Source: Nageia nagi
Taxonomy: Eukaryota; Plantae; Pinophyta
NCBI GenBank assembly: GCA_050084985.1
Contig: JBITNC010000001.1
Span: 9,982,001 to 10,046,000, forward strand
Direction: 5' to 3'
Length of the DNA: 64,000 nt
Position numbers and translations under genes: made by a program. Every line of letters starts with the position of its first letter. Within the stretch, counting starts at the first letter, position 1. The notes under the pieces were generated by a model. It ran no database searches, had not been told where the DNA came from, and saw nothing but the letters and a program-made list of their open reading frames with translations. Positions 63,447-64,000 of the stretch are shown piece after piece.

Positions 63447-64000
63447 CGGAAAAAGGGACAATCTTCCGAAGTTCCCCATACAAGAGCCAAAATCAAGCCG
63501 TAATCTTCGCAGTAAAACATTCAACACTAACTCTAACTAGAATATACGCAAAAAAACATAAAATCAGCCACCTTCAACGCAAAATCACGGATTTTTTGCA
63601 CCGAAAAACACGGTACGGCCAAGAATATATGAATTGTCCGAAAACAAAATAGATTTTCACTCTCAGAATGATTCTAAGCAAATTGGATTGTTAAAAAATG
63701 AGGGTTTCTTGCTTAATAATCTAATTCGAGGACACGATAGAGTAATCCCATCTACCACCGCCTGAAGGGATTAAAAATGGTATGGGAATACCGGTTATTG
63801 CAGCTGACTGGATATTGACGAGGTCTGTCGAAGATCAAGATTAGAGCATGGGGTATTGTACGGTCTGGAATGGCCCACATCAGAACAGTATTTGAAAATA
63901 TAAATTATAAAATGTTTTTAATAAAAAAAAATAATATTTTTATACACAAGCGTTACAGAATCCTTAATTATGGCGTCTGAAATTATTTTTAAAACTATTC

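Overview
AT-rich, CpG-depleted plant nuclear DNA. The 14-kb TE-filled intron and deep nests of old LTR elements suggest a large-genome seed plant, probably a gymnosperm (inference). About 1-41.4 kb is a retrotransposon nest, with all five LTR elements on the minus strand. It holds an Ogre/Retand-type Ty3/Gypsy (1-10343, cut by the window edge) and a chromodomain-bearing Ty3/Gypsy (~12.1-41.4 kb). The latter was hit by a young Ty1/Copia (A, 12970-18282, TSD CTTTT) and an older Copia (B, 22445-40020, TSD CTTGC), which in turn carries a related Copia (C, 26043-34328). Inside Copia B the leader, PBS and part of the 5' LTR are replaced by ~3.7 kb of host-like DNA. This insert contains the last two exons and intron of a glutathione peroxidase gene, a ~62-bp-stem hairpin and a second imperfect fold-back. 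The only intact gene is an ATG8-interacting protein (ATI1/ATI2 family) on the minus strand: 3 coding exons (62890-62383, 62230-61746, 47367-47275), 361 aa. Its 14.4-kb last intron contains hAT elements, LTR-like pieces and an unexplained pair of divergent decayed ORFs. No rRNA, tRNA or CRISPR was seen. All alignments were done by eye, so percentages are approximate.
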